Origin: Podarcis melisellensis
Lineage: Eukaryota
DNA: 64,000 nucleotides
NCBI GenBank assembly: GCA_964234715.1
Contig: OZ174279.1
Reading direction: 5' to 3' (one strand)
Both the position numbers and the translations under genes were made by a program. Positions 24,263-36,022 of the stretch are shown here, piece after piece. Numbering within the stretch: position 1 is the first letter of the stretch; every line of letters begins with the position of its first letter. The notes below the pieces were generated by a model. That model ran no database searches and was not told the DNA's origin. It was given only the letters and a program-made list of their open reading frames with translations.

Positions 24263-26329
24263 AGTTAGGATTTCAGCCTTAGTTTGCAAACATCTGATTG
24301 TTTAAATGATTCATTGCATATTAACAGAAACCTTAGTTTATCTGCAATTTTGAGATAGAAAAGAAACTGTGCAATAAATTGCTATATAACAAATAATAGC
24401 AACCCATCTCCTGGGATCAGAATGCTTCAAAATGCAGACTTGATGTTCTATGCTTGAATGGCCACACCAGTTAAAACAACCTTGCTGCATATCCACAGCA
24501 ACAGTGTCAGGGCAAAAGCGACACCTAGAAAAAAATCTCCCTATTGTGCTAATTTGGATCAAGGAAGGTGTTTTTGACACAAAGGAGCAAAACATGATTG
24601 CATTCTTCTGTACCTCAAAGATCCCAGGAGAGACTGTGCCACATGATGTTTTTGAATGTGTAATTTATTTCTTATAGCTTTATAGTTACTTTGCTTTATA
24701 GTTAAAGCTCATCTTAGAAAGTATTTCTACCTGTCCTGTTGTAAAGGGTATCAAAATATACTGTGCTGCAACATGACATGAAGGATCAAACTTAAGTTTT
24801 CTACTTTCCAGCTAGGGTTGGAAGAATCTGTCAATTGCAGTTCCCTCTGTTTCTCATTTTTCCAATCTTAAATTCAGTTCCCCACATTTTGCAGAAATTT
24901 GTGATTTTAAAAAAACAACTCATGAAAATTCATAAGCATTTTAGTGTGGATTTCCCCTAAACACATTTTATATACCGTTTTGACTCAAGTACACATTTTT
25001 GCAAGCATTTTCCCCTAATTCAACTCATTTTTGTTTGTTGTTTCACTAATATCTTTATTTCCATGCACTTTTTACCTTAATACCTGCATTTTTGTAAGCA
25101 TGGTTTGGTTAGAGAACTGCATTGCAAAATTCAGCTAAGGATAGCTGTGCTTTGGTTCACATTTTGTTTTGGAAAATACAGATGTGATAGTTTCAGCTCT
25201 AAATGCATACTGAATCAATTTTATTCTCCATCCTTTGTTGAAAGAAATCTTGTCTGAAATCCTGGGAGCCACTTTTCTCCACCAGAGGTGGGAAACTGGG
25301 CAGGAAACTCGACCCCTAGTTGTTTCATGTACATAACCCCATGGGCCAACTTTGACAGGTGGGTGGGGCAATCCATACTGACACCAGGTGATTGGCACAT
25401 GTGTCAAAAAGGTTAGTGTAACCACCAATCAGCTGAATCTAAAATGCTTCTTCTAAATGGATAAAGTGAGCCAACTCCCCAGTGGGGCGCTCACTCAAAG
25501 CTTTTCCTTTTTCCTTCGTTGCTTCATCTTTTATCTGATGTTGCACTGCCACTCCTAACCTGAAACCTGGGGCCTGCACCTTCTCTTGCCACTCCTTGAT
25601 CTGTGCACGAAGTTTAAGAAGAAGCAAAAAAATCACTTTCAGCTGATCATATGCCCCAGGAAAACCTTTTATCCTTTTGAAATGTGCTCCTAAGTTCTTC
25701 ACAGAAGCTGGAGACTTCCTTCCTTTGTAAAAGTCACTCTCAGAATGAAAACACATTACAGAACCTCTGTGAACTATATTAGCACTATTGTCCAACACGT
25801 GGGAGTCATCATTTTCAAAAAAGAAAAGCATTTTGAATTGTTCTAAACTGTAATCACCTCAACTGTTTGAATTTACATTTCTACAGCAAATAATGAATGG
25901 GCTGGATTTGCTCTTGTCATGTGTGACAGCGTTTAAACTAGAGGTTAGTTTTTTGGAATGAATTCCCAGTACTGCCAAACATTTCAAATTAATGGATTTT
26001 TAGGGTGGGTGAGATATTCAATGTGTTTTAAATTAGGATATTCTTCCACTAAGACGTATTAAAATTTCATTATATATCATAAAGGGAAATAACCATGGGA
26101 AAATAGTAAACATATTAATAAATGTGATTTGACAGAAAACACCATAAAATCGTTTATTTTTTTAATAAAAATTCTGAGTACATAATTCATTGCCTAATGT
26201 TTTCATTGTGTCGTGTACATGCAACCTGTTAGCAATGGTATTCCCTAAGTTTAAAACCACTCACTCATCTACTTATCATAATCCTGTTGTTGTTCAGGAA
26301 CCGCCTTGTTCTATGTATCCCTGCCTGAA

Positions 26330-26670
26330 AATTGCACTCCTCAGAGTGGGCCTTGTTGAGATAATCGCAGGCCCCAGAGGTATGCTTTATTATGTGCTAT
26401 AAATTGGGATTTTAGTGTTGCAGCTCCAGCCCTCTGGAATCAGTTATCAACTGACATTTCAGTAACCATTAAAGACATTTATGTTTAAGAAGGTGTTTCC
26501 TGAAGTGTCACCCAGTTATATTATAGAATATTAATTGCACAGCTGTAGAATTTGTTTTATTGTTTTTGATTTATTGAGTAATCTTTTATATTTTATCTTG
26601 TTTACACCACTTTGGTGGCTTTTGGTTGTGCAGTGGTTTATAGATATGCAAATAATAAATAAATACATAC
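26330..26670 (+). mobile_element. Old L2 3' end; similar minus-strand remnants at ~17190-17450 and ~23520-23700
   Basis: TTTAGTGTTGCAGCTCCAGCCCTCTGGAAT encodes F-S-V-A-A-P-A-L-W-N. AT-rich tail ending (AAAT)n. Confidence 0.55.
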
Positions 26671-27159
26671 ATTAATAAATACATAAATCCCCTCCCACAC
26701 ACATATATCATGTCCCTGATGTCCAGCCCAGCTGCTTTTCACACACTGGTGCCAAAAGGTCTGGAAACCTGTTCTGTGTACATAGGCTCTGCACACAAAT
26801 AGTCTGAAGTGATTGAAAAATTAAATAGACATTTGCTTTAATGTAATAGCAACCAATGTGAAAAACAAAGGTGGGCACTTTGATTTTCATGTTGGTCTTC
26901 TTTTGTCACATCCTTTGTATGTCAAGCATGCCTGAAAGTTGCCAGGCATTATCCCCTCAGGGAATAAGATGAAGTGTGCAAATGTCATGCCGTTTGGATG
27001 AAAATGCCAGCATTACAGAGTAGACAACCAGACGAGTCTCCCTCCTGGATGGATTTATAATGGTGCAAATGGTTCAGTTGCACCAGGGCCAATGCCTGCT
27101 AAGGGGCCAGACTCTGAGCTTTCATTTTAAGAAAAGGAAGCAGACTTCTTAGTAATTTC

Positions 27160-28145
27160 TGTCGGTTAAAGCAGCCTGGCTATTCTTGAGCATTGGTAGC
27201 AAGGTCCATCCAAGGTCCAGTCCCAGGGAAGCAGTAGTTCCAACAAGGGTTCAGGCTCAGTCAAGAGGCACTCCAGGTCAGAAGGGGTTCCAGCAGAAGT
27301 CAGGTTATGGAGTGTGCCAAACTCCAAGTAAACACACACTCAGGTTCAAGTGTGAGACATTGTTCCAGCTTGTCCCTCGGTCTTGGAATTAGGTTTTTAA
27401 GCCAGAGCTGCCAAAACCCCACACTGGGCTCAGTTGCAGCTTCCCAGATATTTCTGCAGAATGTACTCCTCATTAGGAGGGCCCTACTCCCAAATGGGAC
27501 GCGGGTGGCGCTGTGGGTTAAACCACAGAGCCTAGGACTTGCCAATCAGAAGGTTGGCGGTTCGAATCCCCACAACGGGGTGAGCTCCCGTTGCTCGGTC
27601 CCTGCTCCTGCCAACCTAGCAGTTCAAAAGCACGTCAAAGTGCAAGTAAATCAATAAGTACCGCTCTGGCGGGAAGGTAAATGGCGTTTCCGTGCACTGC
27701 TCTGGTTCGCCAGAAGCAGCTTAGTTATGCTGGCCACATGACCCGGAATCTGTACGCCGGCTCCCTTGGCCAGTAAAGCAAGACGAGCGCCGCAACCCCA
27801 GAGTCGGTCACGACTGGACCTAATGGTCTGGGGTCCCTTTACCTTTACCTACTCCCAAATAATCTTTTATTTATGACGAGTCCACTTCTGCAACTGAACT
27901 CTCCTCCTGACTGTGAGAGTCTCAACCTGCCTCTCGAGGTGCTGTTGTTCCCAGAGGCTTGTGTTGTTCCACCTCTGCTTCAGAGGCCAAGTTCCCCTTC
28001 TGTGGGGAGGGAACCCTGCCAGTCTCCCCCGGCTGATATTCTGTTTCCAAATTTCTGCTGGCTCCTTATCCTCGTCCACCAGATCCTCTTCAGAAGAGGA
28101 GTCACCTGGTGGGGAAAAACAGCAGAGAGTTGATGACTGACCCAA
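27160..28145 (-). mobile_element. Solo-LTR-like element interrupted by a Sauria SINE
   Basis: TGTC at one end, acidic ORF remnant (DSSSEEDLVDEDKE), TTAAAAA TATA-like box. The other boundary and TSD are unclear. Confidence 0.5.
27496..27847 (+). mobile_element. Sauria SINE, young lacertid-type copy
   Basis: tRNA-like head with B box GGTTCGAATCC, (CCTTTA)n tail, 13-bp TSD CCTACTCCCAAAT. Confidence 0.95.
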
Positions 28146-29439
28146 ATTTGGAAGTGAGGAAAATCAATTAGAAGTTAGTTTAAAATAGGAAGCTGCACGT
28201 GTTTAAATCATTTTCTTTTTTGTTTTATTAAGGTTGCCAACGTGTTTCTGGTTTGTAATTTGGTTAAGAGTTGTACAACTGCACATGCTCAGAATATTTA
28301 GTGTTTTGTTTTTTAGGTTATGAAATAATAAATATGTTCATTTGTAAGATATCTCAAGTTATATTTACTGGGTTATCTTATTTTCTGCATACCCTTTTTT
28401 GTGTGTGGGGGGGGGTCCTATTTTGTGAACTGTACCGGAGACCCCAGTCTCCTTAATCTGACATTGATCTCCCTTGAAATCGAAGTGGAAATGAAGGCCT
28501 GCCAAAAAAACCATGTTGGTAACATGTTTCGTTGTTCTGTATGGGACAATGACAATAAAGATTATCGTATCGTAAATAGAATGATAGAATAAAACAAATG
28601 CATTGAACACTTATAATCCCTATTGCACAACCTTATGACTACCCATGCTACCTAAAAGTCTTTTAACTGCAGGTACCTTGGAATGAATCTGAGACTTTCT
28701 ACCTGTTGGACTTTCTCTGACAGCTTTGAAACCCTGAAATGAAATTGTAAACTGATTGGGGTTTTTTTTAAGCATTAGAGAAAGGCAGTGTGCTTCTGAG
28801 TACCAGTTAGAGGAAACCACAAGAGCAGAGAGTGCTCTAATAAAGACTCCTGTCAGTAAACACTGCTTAGACTCTTGGGCTTTGGGTCTGGCTCAGACAA
28901 AATTCTTCAAGAGCACTGCACATGCTGCTCCTTGACACTACCTGGGGCATTGTCTAGTCTTTCCTTTTGCAGGGGTCTGAAATATCTTAGATGGGGGAGA
29001 AAGTTGTTTTAATTGGGAGAAAGAGAACAAACCGGGATTTTTTTAAAAAAAAAAGCTAACTTCAACACATTTGTAATAAACTTTTCTTCCATAAAGCTGT
29101 TTAATGGAGCATATCACTTGTTTTTAACCAGCGGGTCTCTCTCTCCCTCCCGCCCCCCTTGTTTAGTTTGGTTTCTTCAAAATACAGTGTGTCCTCCAGG
29201 GGCTGCTGACAATCTCCCATTTCTCCCAACACCAGAGAAAGCTAAAGGCACTGAGCAGCCGAGAGAGTCCCACAAACTGGTTTCATTGCTTTCTCTCCTG
29301 CAGGCAGATTCTGTCAGTCTCCCTGTCTGTCTGTCTGTCTTGTCTGTCTGTCCGTCCATCCATATGGGAATAATCTCCAGTCATTAATAATCTAAGTATC
29401 AGGACTTCATCAGATATAATAGTACCAGAAAGCCCTGGG

Positions 29440-30280
29440 AAAAGTTTTGTGGAGTGAGCCAGCATGACCAAACAGTGGTATGTTGCACATTTACATAGCC
29501 TGTTGTGAAATGATTGCAAGAAACTTTGAGGATAAAGTCCCTCACATCCATCCTGGCTTGGACTCTCTGTTCAATGCAATGTCATTGTCAGAGGTGTCCA
29601 GAGCAATATCTGGTCCAGCTATGTTGGAACATTTCCAGCTATTGATGTCTGAAGATGGGAACAAGGAGTTTGATCAAATCCAATCAACTATTCTTATACT
29701 CAACCCTTGGCCCCATGGCTTATTAAACTGTACAGGGAAAGGATATCTGATTGGGTCCAAGAGGCTGTAAATACCCTGTTGATAGATTCAGCAACCCCAG
29801 CTTCTTGGGGGGGGTATTCATTTCACTGGTCTTGGAGAAACTTATTTTGGACCTGAGAGACGTCAATAATTTCAGGTTGGTGGTCAACACCTGCTTTTGA
29901 GCAAGGTGCTCAAGAGAATACTAGTTGACCAACTCTAGCTGCTCCTAGATGAACCTCCTTACCAGATTCAGTTCAGTTGGGCTTCAGACCTTGTTCTGTA
30001 GCAGATATCACTGTGGCCTCTCTGTGAGATAAGTACTGCTGAAAGAGATGAGGGGAGTATGACCCTGTTGGTTATCTGAGCTGAATGCAGTTTTCAATAC
30101 CATTGACCATGGTGTCCTCCTGGAGGTTATCTAAGCTGGGTGTTGTAGGCAGTGACACTACTTGGAGATGGCTCCACTCCTCCTTGGATGACTGATTCTA
30201 AAGGACCACTTCTCAAACCCTTCACAACTGTGCTTTAGGGCCCCAAACGATTCTGTTCTTTACTCCATACTGTTAAGATT
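29440..30280 (+). mobile_element. Highly degenerate L2 ORF2 (linker and RT) fragment
   Basis: Remnants of FEDK, GFRP and AxFxTIDHGxLL (GCAGTTTTCAATACCATTGACCATGGTGTCCTCCTG). Confidence 0.7.
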
Positions 30281-31212
30281 CTTTTTTATGGCACTTCACA
30301 AATTCACACCTACAGGACTCATTAGTAAAATGCTACACGTACAAAATTTGTATGCCATGATGCGCGTGATCACATATACCAGGATTGCTTCCCCCTCCTG
30401 CCCTGGCAACATTTTAGCAAGGCATGCTAAAATATATGCCTTTTGGTACTGTAAAGGTACAGAAAAGATGCAAATTAGCCCAAAGTAAAAACACAGGGCA
30501 TAACAAATGCACAAGAAGATAAAGTAACAGAACCATGGCAGTTCAATCATCCCTAGTTGGAAGTCATCAAGGATAGACAAAAGAAACCCGCCGCCACAGG
30601 CTCAGACTTGTACAAATAGGTGTTATTTGTACAGAACGCTTTTAGCGTCATCTGACAGCTCCTTACAGAGTACCCAGTGAGAGGGAAGAATATATCTATA
30701 TCCCCCAAAGTCCTTTTATAGTTATGCATGCATTTGGCAGAGAGAACAGTTTGACTGAAGCTATAAAATCTAGCATTTGAGCTTATATTTCTCCCACTGA
30801 CTGCCAAACATTCTTCATTCCTTTCAGTTCACTCTAGCAAACTAAACAAGAAACCAAAGGAGAGCCACAAGTTTGTCTTTGGCTAGAAGGGAGACTGAAG
30901 GAGTACAATTGCCGGCCAGGTGGGTGGGGGGGACCACCCCCGGTTGAGTTACTGTGAGCTAAAAGAACTTCCTTCACAAAAAGAAACAAGATGTCCTAGC
31001 AAGTATAACTCTAATCCAGTAGCAGGAATATATCGTAAACAGGTTGCCTCCTGTGTCCATCTACTGGCTGCCACTGCTAAGGCCATCAGAGGGAGGTGCA
31101 TCAGCACTCCTGCACCATGCCTGGGTACAGCTGCAGTGGAAAGTTCCTGCTCTGCATATGACATTAGTAGGGGCTGATACCCCTGCTTGCTTTGGTCACC
31201 ACCCCGACCCCT

Positions 31213-31791
31213 TGTGATGGCCTGGGATTCAGACTCAGAGGCTGAACCTGAGGAATCCCAGCCTGCACAGGATTCCCCGCCTCCAGAACCAGCTGAGCTG
31301 GGGCATGAGCCTGAAGGGTCCTCACCTGTGCTGGATCCTCAGGTGCAGGCACCAGCTGAGTCTACTCTGGCTCCTGAGGTGATGGAGGACCCATTGCCTG
31401 CAGGTGCTCCACTCTCAGCCCCATCAGGGGAAGCTGAGGTTGCCTCTGGGTCCGGTAACCCTCCAGCCTCTCCTGAGCTGCAGAGGCTCAAGGCAGAGAG
31501 GCGGAGGGAACTAAGTTCCTGCAGGAGGAGTGCTTGCCTCCAGGCCAGGAGAGGCAAGTCACCTGTGGACCGGGGCTGCCCTATGCCTCGGGGCAGATAA
31601 AAGCCAGCCAGCCCCAGTCCCAAGTTGTGGGAGCAACATTGTTGGTAGCCAGTTCCTGCCTGAGCTCCTGACCTCACCTGACTCCCTGCCTTGGACCCAG
31701 CTTCAGCTTTGATGGACTGCCTCCATACTGCACCCTTGACTTCGGACTGGACTTGGACCTCGCCTCACGGTTAACCCATGGGACCAGCACA
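31213..31791 (+). mobile_element. Solo-LTR-like element carrying an uninterrupted 127-aa U3 ORF
   Basis: TGTG...CACA termini and GATAAAA TATA-like box at ~31596. TSD ambiguous (CCCCT/CACCT if the end is 31789). Confidence 0.7.
31217..31600 (+). CDS. Hypothetical LTR-encoded acidic/Pro-rich/basic small protein
   Basis: ATG at LTR position 5 with G at +4. Open for 127 codons. The stop lies in the TATA-like box. No expression evidence. Confidence 0.35.
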   Translation: MAWDSDSEAEPEESQPAQDSPPPEPAELGHEPEGSSPVLDPQVQAPAESTLAPEVMEDPLPAGAPLSAPSGEAEVASGSGNPPASPELQRLKAERRRELSSCRRSACLQARRGKSPVDRGCPMPRGR

Positions 31792-31890
31792 CCTGCCCAC
31801 CCCTCCAAATAATTAGTTTGTTCTGTTTTAATGGTTTTTTACATCTGATTGCATATATGTTGTTGTATGCTTCCCCGAGAGGTCAGTGTA

Positions 31891-32365
31891 TGTTAGGCAG
31901 CAGAGGAACCAACCCCCACAACAGCTTGCCAGGAATGGACAAGACAAGGAAAGGGCCTTACCATCTGCTTTTTATTCAATATTCACAGAGAGAGGCTTGG
32001 GAATGCAGCCTCTTGGAATAATGGTGTTATCCTGAGTGACTCTCCACCCACTCTGTCCCTCCCACTTCCTCATGCATCATCGTTAAGGGCCCTTTGCCTT
32101 TGAGCTCTTTGCTCTCCTACTTTCAATGCTCGCTGGATTCTGGGAGGGGGTCGGGAATGCTTTCTAAAGACACTGTGTCCACCAGCTGTTGCCCCCTGGT
32201 GCTTCTTCTTCCTCTCCCATTATCTCCCAGCTTTCCCTCTCATCTTCCTCTGAGCTGTGGCCTCCCTCTACCCCCTGTTGTAATTCTGAACTGTCTTCTT
32301 CTTCTCTGGAAGGGTCAGGCTGGGGAGGCGTTCTCCACCATTCCTCCTCTGCCCAGTCCCTGACA
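31891..32365 (-). mobile_element. Solo LTR (475 bp) with a 5' end resembling the 529 element
   Basis: On the minus strand TGTCA...TAACA. TSD GTGTA/GTATA. AATAAA present. Starts TGTCAGGGACTGG versus TGTCATGGACTGG. Confidence 0.75.
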
Positions 32366-32815
32366 GTATATAAATAAACAGCCATTGGGGGGAGAACAAC
32401 AACAACAGCAACCCTTGAGGACCCCTAGTGGGGAACAACCCAAACCATATTAAATCTCAGAGTCTTTAGTGTCTCCGTTTCAAAAAGAATGATTTGCCCA
32501 TTTGTCTTTGAGGGCCAGAAGGATCCATCTCAACAAAAACCATCTTGTGCTACCCTCAAGTGACCCGAATATTTCCTGAGTAAAACAAAACAAAACAAAA
32601 CAAAATGTTCAGTGGCTGCAGCAAATTGAAACCACAGCCATCCAATTTTCATAAAACCATCTGAACCTCTTAATGAAGGAATGCATGTTCTCAAGCTTTG
32701 TCTTGCCGATACTGGCTTGAGAAAGGAGCTAACTCCCCCACATTCCTTTACTGCCTAATACAGCAGCTAAACAAACAGTGTGTGTCACATTACTGTAACA
32801 TTAACTTTATTCTAG

Positions 32816-32855
32816 GGTATCTGAAGAAGTGTGCATGCACACGAAAGCTCATACC
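32816..32855 (+). ncRNA. Minimal type I hammerhead ribozyme motif
   Basis: Helix I GGTAT/ATACC; core CTGAAGA; helix II GTGTG-CATG-CACAC; GAAA; palindromic AGCT; UC cleavage site at 32849-32850. Confidence 0.8.
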
Positions 32856-32908
32856 AAGAACTAACTTAGTTGGTCTTTAAGGTGCTACAGGAAGGATTTT
32901 TTTTTTTG
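32818..32908 (+). mobile_element. Short Penelope-like (PLE) repeat insertion
   Basis: 12-bp TSD TTTATTCTAGGG (32806-32817, 32909-32920). GTTGGTCTTTAAGGTGC block shared with degenerate copies at ~9061-9145, ~42330-42575 and ~61195-61250. Confidence 0.8.
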
Positions 32909-33939
32909 TTTATTCTAGGGCTGAGCTGAAATTGTTCAGTAAATAATCTTCTGATCATTTAAAAAATATTTTAAATGTCTAAACTAGCTAAACTTCTGGA
33001 GAATCTCAGTTCTCCCTTGGAGAATATTCAGTGAAACGGCACCCTCAGTTTCACCACTCATGAATTTTGGGCAAAAGCTGATCATTGTGGGTCAACGTTT
33101 AACACTGTCTAATATTATTTATTATCATTGCAAGAAAACCATGGGCTCTTCGTCTTGCAATCCTCCTCTTTTAGCCCATTGCTTTTTTTAAGTCACCAAA
33201 TATTAACTAAGAAGAGAGTTTTATTCAGCATCGAGTGAGCCAATCATTTCTCATAAGGATACTTTCTGGAGGAAATGTTTGAAAGAATTTCACCTCCCAC
33301 TGCTGAAAATATTTAGCCTGATGCCCCCGCCCTGCTGCTTCCAAATTTGCCACCACCCACAGATTGTGTGGAGAATTTTAGAAGGCTATTTTCACTCAGC
33401 CCTGTTTTATTTTTTCCTTTCTGTCTCTTACACCAAATCTGCAGCTAACTGAAGGCAGCTATGTGCAGATGGGAGGAATGGTAGCAATATTGGCTGGATG
33501 TGTGGGAAGTGGAAAGAGAATAACTGAATTCTGGAAATAGTCTTACTTCTTTTGGAGAATGATGTAGGTGAAGGAAGTGCTTAGATATATGTGCTCCATC
33601 ATTAAGAGGATAGTGTGTGAATGAATGTTTGTAGCAGTGCCATTCCTTGATCCAAAATGTTTGAGTTATGTCAATCTGTTCCAAAACTTACATTAGAATG
33701 AGGAGAGCATTCTAGGAGGAGGAACAAAGTATATGCAGAGTTAGAACTTGAATGTTAAATTAGACATCTACTAAGCCTATTCCAGCTGATCATTACAAGA
33801 ACTCTGTAGCAAAGAACCAATGAATAACTTCGCATGTTTGGTTTGTTTGTTTTGTCCTCCCTCCCAAACCCTTCTCCTTTTGTGTAAGCTTCAGGACAGA
33901 GATGGTCTTATTACTGACTTTTGCAAGCCACTCTGGGAG

Positions 33940-34153
33940 CAGTGGCGGAGCTTCAAGCTCCGAGGGAGGGGCAGAGAGTAGGCGGGGGCATGGGGTGCTA
34001 CAGGGGCATGGCACGCGTCCTGGAGGCATGGTGTGCTGCCTGCGGGGGTGTGGCGCCCAGCACGGGGTGGGCAGCCATGATGGCACCCCACCGGGATCGT
34101 GCCACTGGGGGTGGTGCACACACACACCCCGCACCCCTGGTCCTCTGCCAGTG
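33940..34153. mobile_element. GC-rich non-autonomous hAT element
   Basis: TIR CAGTGGCGGAG/CTCTGCCAGTG. Perfect 8-bp TSD TCTGGGAG. Confidence 0.88.
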
Positions 34154-35886
34154 TCTGGGAGACCTTTTTCCCCCTTTGGCTGAAGAGTGGGGTAAATAAC
34201 TATTAAATGGTAAATAACTATTCTTCATCTAGATTCCTGTTCCTAAGAGTTCCAAGCATATGTTTGTTTCAAGCAATTTTTTCTTTGTTCCTTTTTGCTG
34301 ATACTAAACAGAATTGAACTTTAGTGATCTGCATCAGAACACTTTTATAGATCCATGCATTGGGCAACCAGATAAACAACAGCAGTAATAGAACCAAGCA
34401 TTTACTTTGAAATTTGGTGTAATAAATCACTAGATGTGAAATACTTTAAACACTTGAAATGTGCTACATAAATCTAAAGTTTAAACTTACTGACAGTCAG
34501 CACATGTTGCACAATCTAGAAGGGAAGATTAAAGGTGCAATCCTATAACCACTTGCCTGTGAGTAAGTCCCATTAAACAAAGTGCTGCTTCCTTTTGAGT
34601 ACAGACATATAGCCATGCAGTATAAGGCATAATATTATATCCAATGCAGGAAAATAGTATCCTTTCACATCAGAAAAATGCATATATACCTGGACTCATT
34701 GATACTAGGTTGGATGACTTCATCAAGAAAACAATTTTCTGAGATGTGTGAATGGTAAATTGACTATATGTGGATCAAATAAAGGGCACGATCCAGTAAA
34801 AGTTAAGCACTATGTTTCATTGATTTCAATTGAGGAAGAGTTAACTAGGAGCCCAGAATCTATATTCCCAAGACCTAATGGAATTATTTTCTTTTTACAT
34901 TATACAGTGTGAACAGGCTGTGGAATTTTATAGCTGTTTCAGTGTCAAGAACATGAGATTTATCTTACTTAAAAAGTAATTACCACATCAGTAGCATGGT
35001 AATTATTAGAACAAGCAAGGGTAATGATAATGCCTACAGTTTCAATTCTCAGCCCTCTGCAGTAATATTTTTATAACCTGGGTCTATAGGGCTATTTATT
35101 GTACTGGTAACAAATACTGTAATAAAAAGTGAAAGCTTGAATACAAGTAGAAGTATATATGTTCTCTGTCTTAATTGTGTTGACATGAGGTTGAGATTAT
35201 TTTCTGCGGCAAATTGTTTGGAGTAGATTCTAGCCATATGAGAGAATCTGGTCAAAACATTTTGCCCTCTTTATTTACACAATGGGATCTACGTCCCCTT
35301 GGAATCTATGGGTCTACAGTGCACAACTCTGCCTAATTAATTTCAGTGGGTCCTTTTAAGTCATTGTGACATTAAAATATTTAAAGGGGGGAAATGACTT
35401 TGGGAAGATCCACACCACAGGCATTAACTAATACAGGGGAGATTCCCTTTCTGCAGAGAATACTATGGGCTGCAATTCAGGGAGCGGGGGACTATAAATC
35501 TCTAACAGTGTCTTACTAAATTACATGATCTGGCAGTAAATACGACAGTTATAGTGGTGGAAAAGGAGAGATGGGCTAAGGAGCTCATTCTTTCCCATTT
35601 CAGTCTCACTGGCCTTTAATCATCAATCCATTGGGTGCTGTTCTGTCCCGTTTTGTCCCATTCTATGTTTGTTTGTGGGCATGCCTGTGTCAGGATGTCT
35701 GGTTCATGCCCCCTCAAAATTGTGTATCCAGGGCTATGCCCCCCATGCTATGCCCCTGGGGATGTGGCTTTCTGGCAAGTAGGGTGCAGCTAGAGAGGTT
35801 TACCCTACCTGCAAGTCATAGGAACATAGGAAGCTGCTTTCTACCAAGTTAGACACTTGGTCCATCTAGCTCAGTATTGTCTATAC

Positions 35887-36022
35887 CAGGCATAGGCAAA
35901 CACCACCCTCCAGATGTTTTGGGACTACAACTCCCATCATCCCTGACCACTGGTCCTCTTAGCTAGGGATGATGGGAGTTGTAGTCCCAAAACATCTGCA
36001 GGGCTGAGTTTGCCTATGCCTG
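35887..36022. mobile_element. Palindromic hAT-type MITE inserted in a Squam3-like SINE remnant (35817-36050, minus)
   Basis: TIR CAGGCATAGGCAAAC. 8-bp TSD GTCTATAC/GTCTACAC. Confidence 0.88.

Noticed and set aside
25560-25600. Possible 41-nt minus-strand exon with a good polypyrimidine tract
   Set aside because: No recognisable homology in any frame. Needs RNA-seq.
27496-27575. tRNA gene
   Set aside because: The A/B boxes belong to the head of a Sauria SINE. No full cloverleaf.
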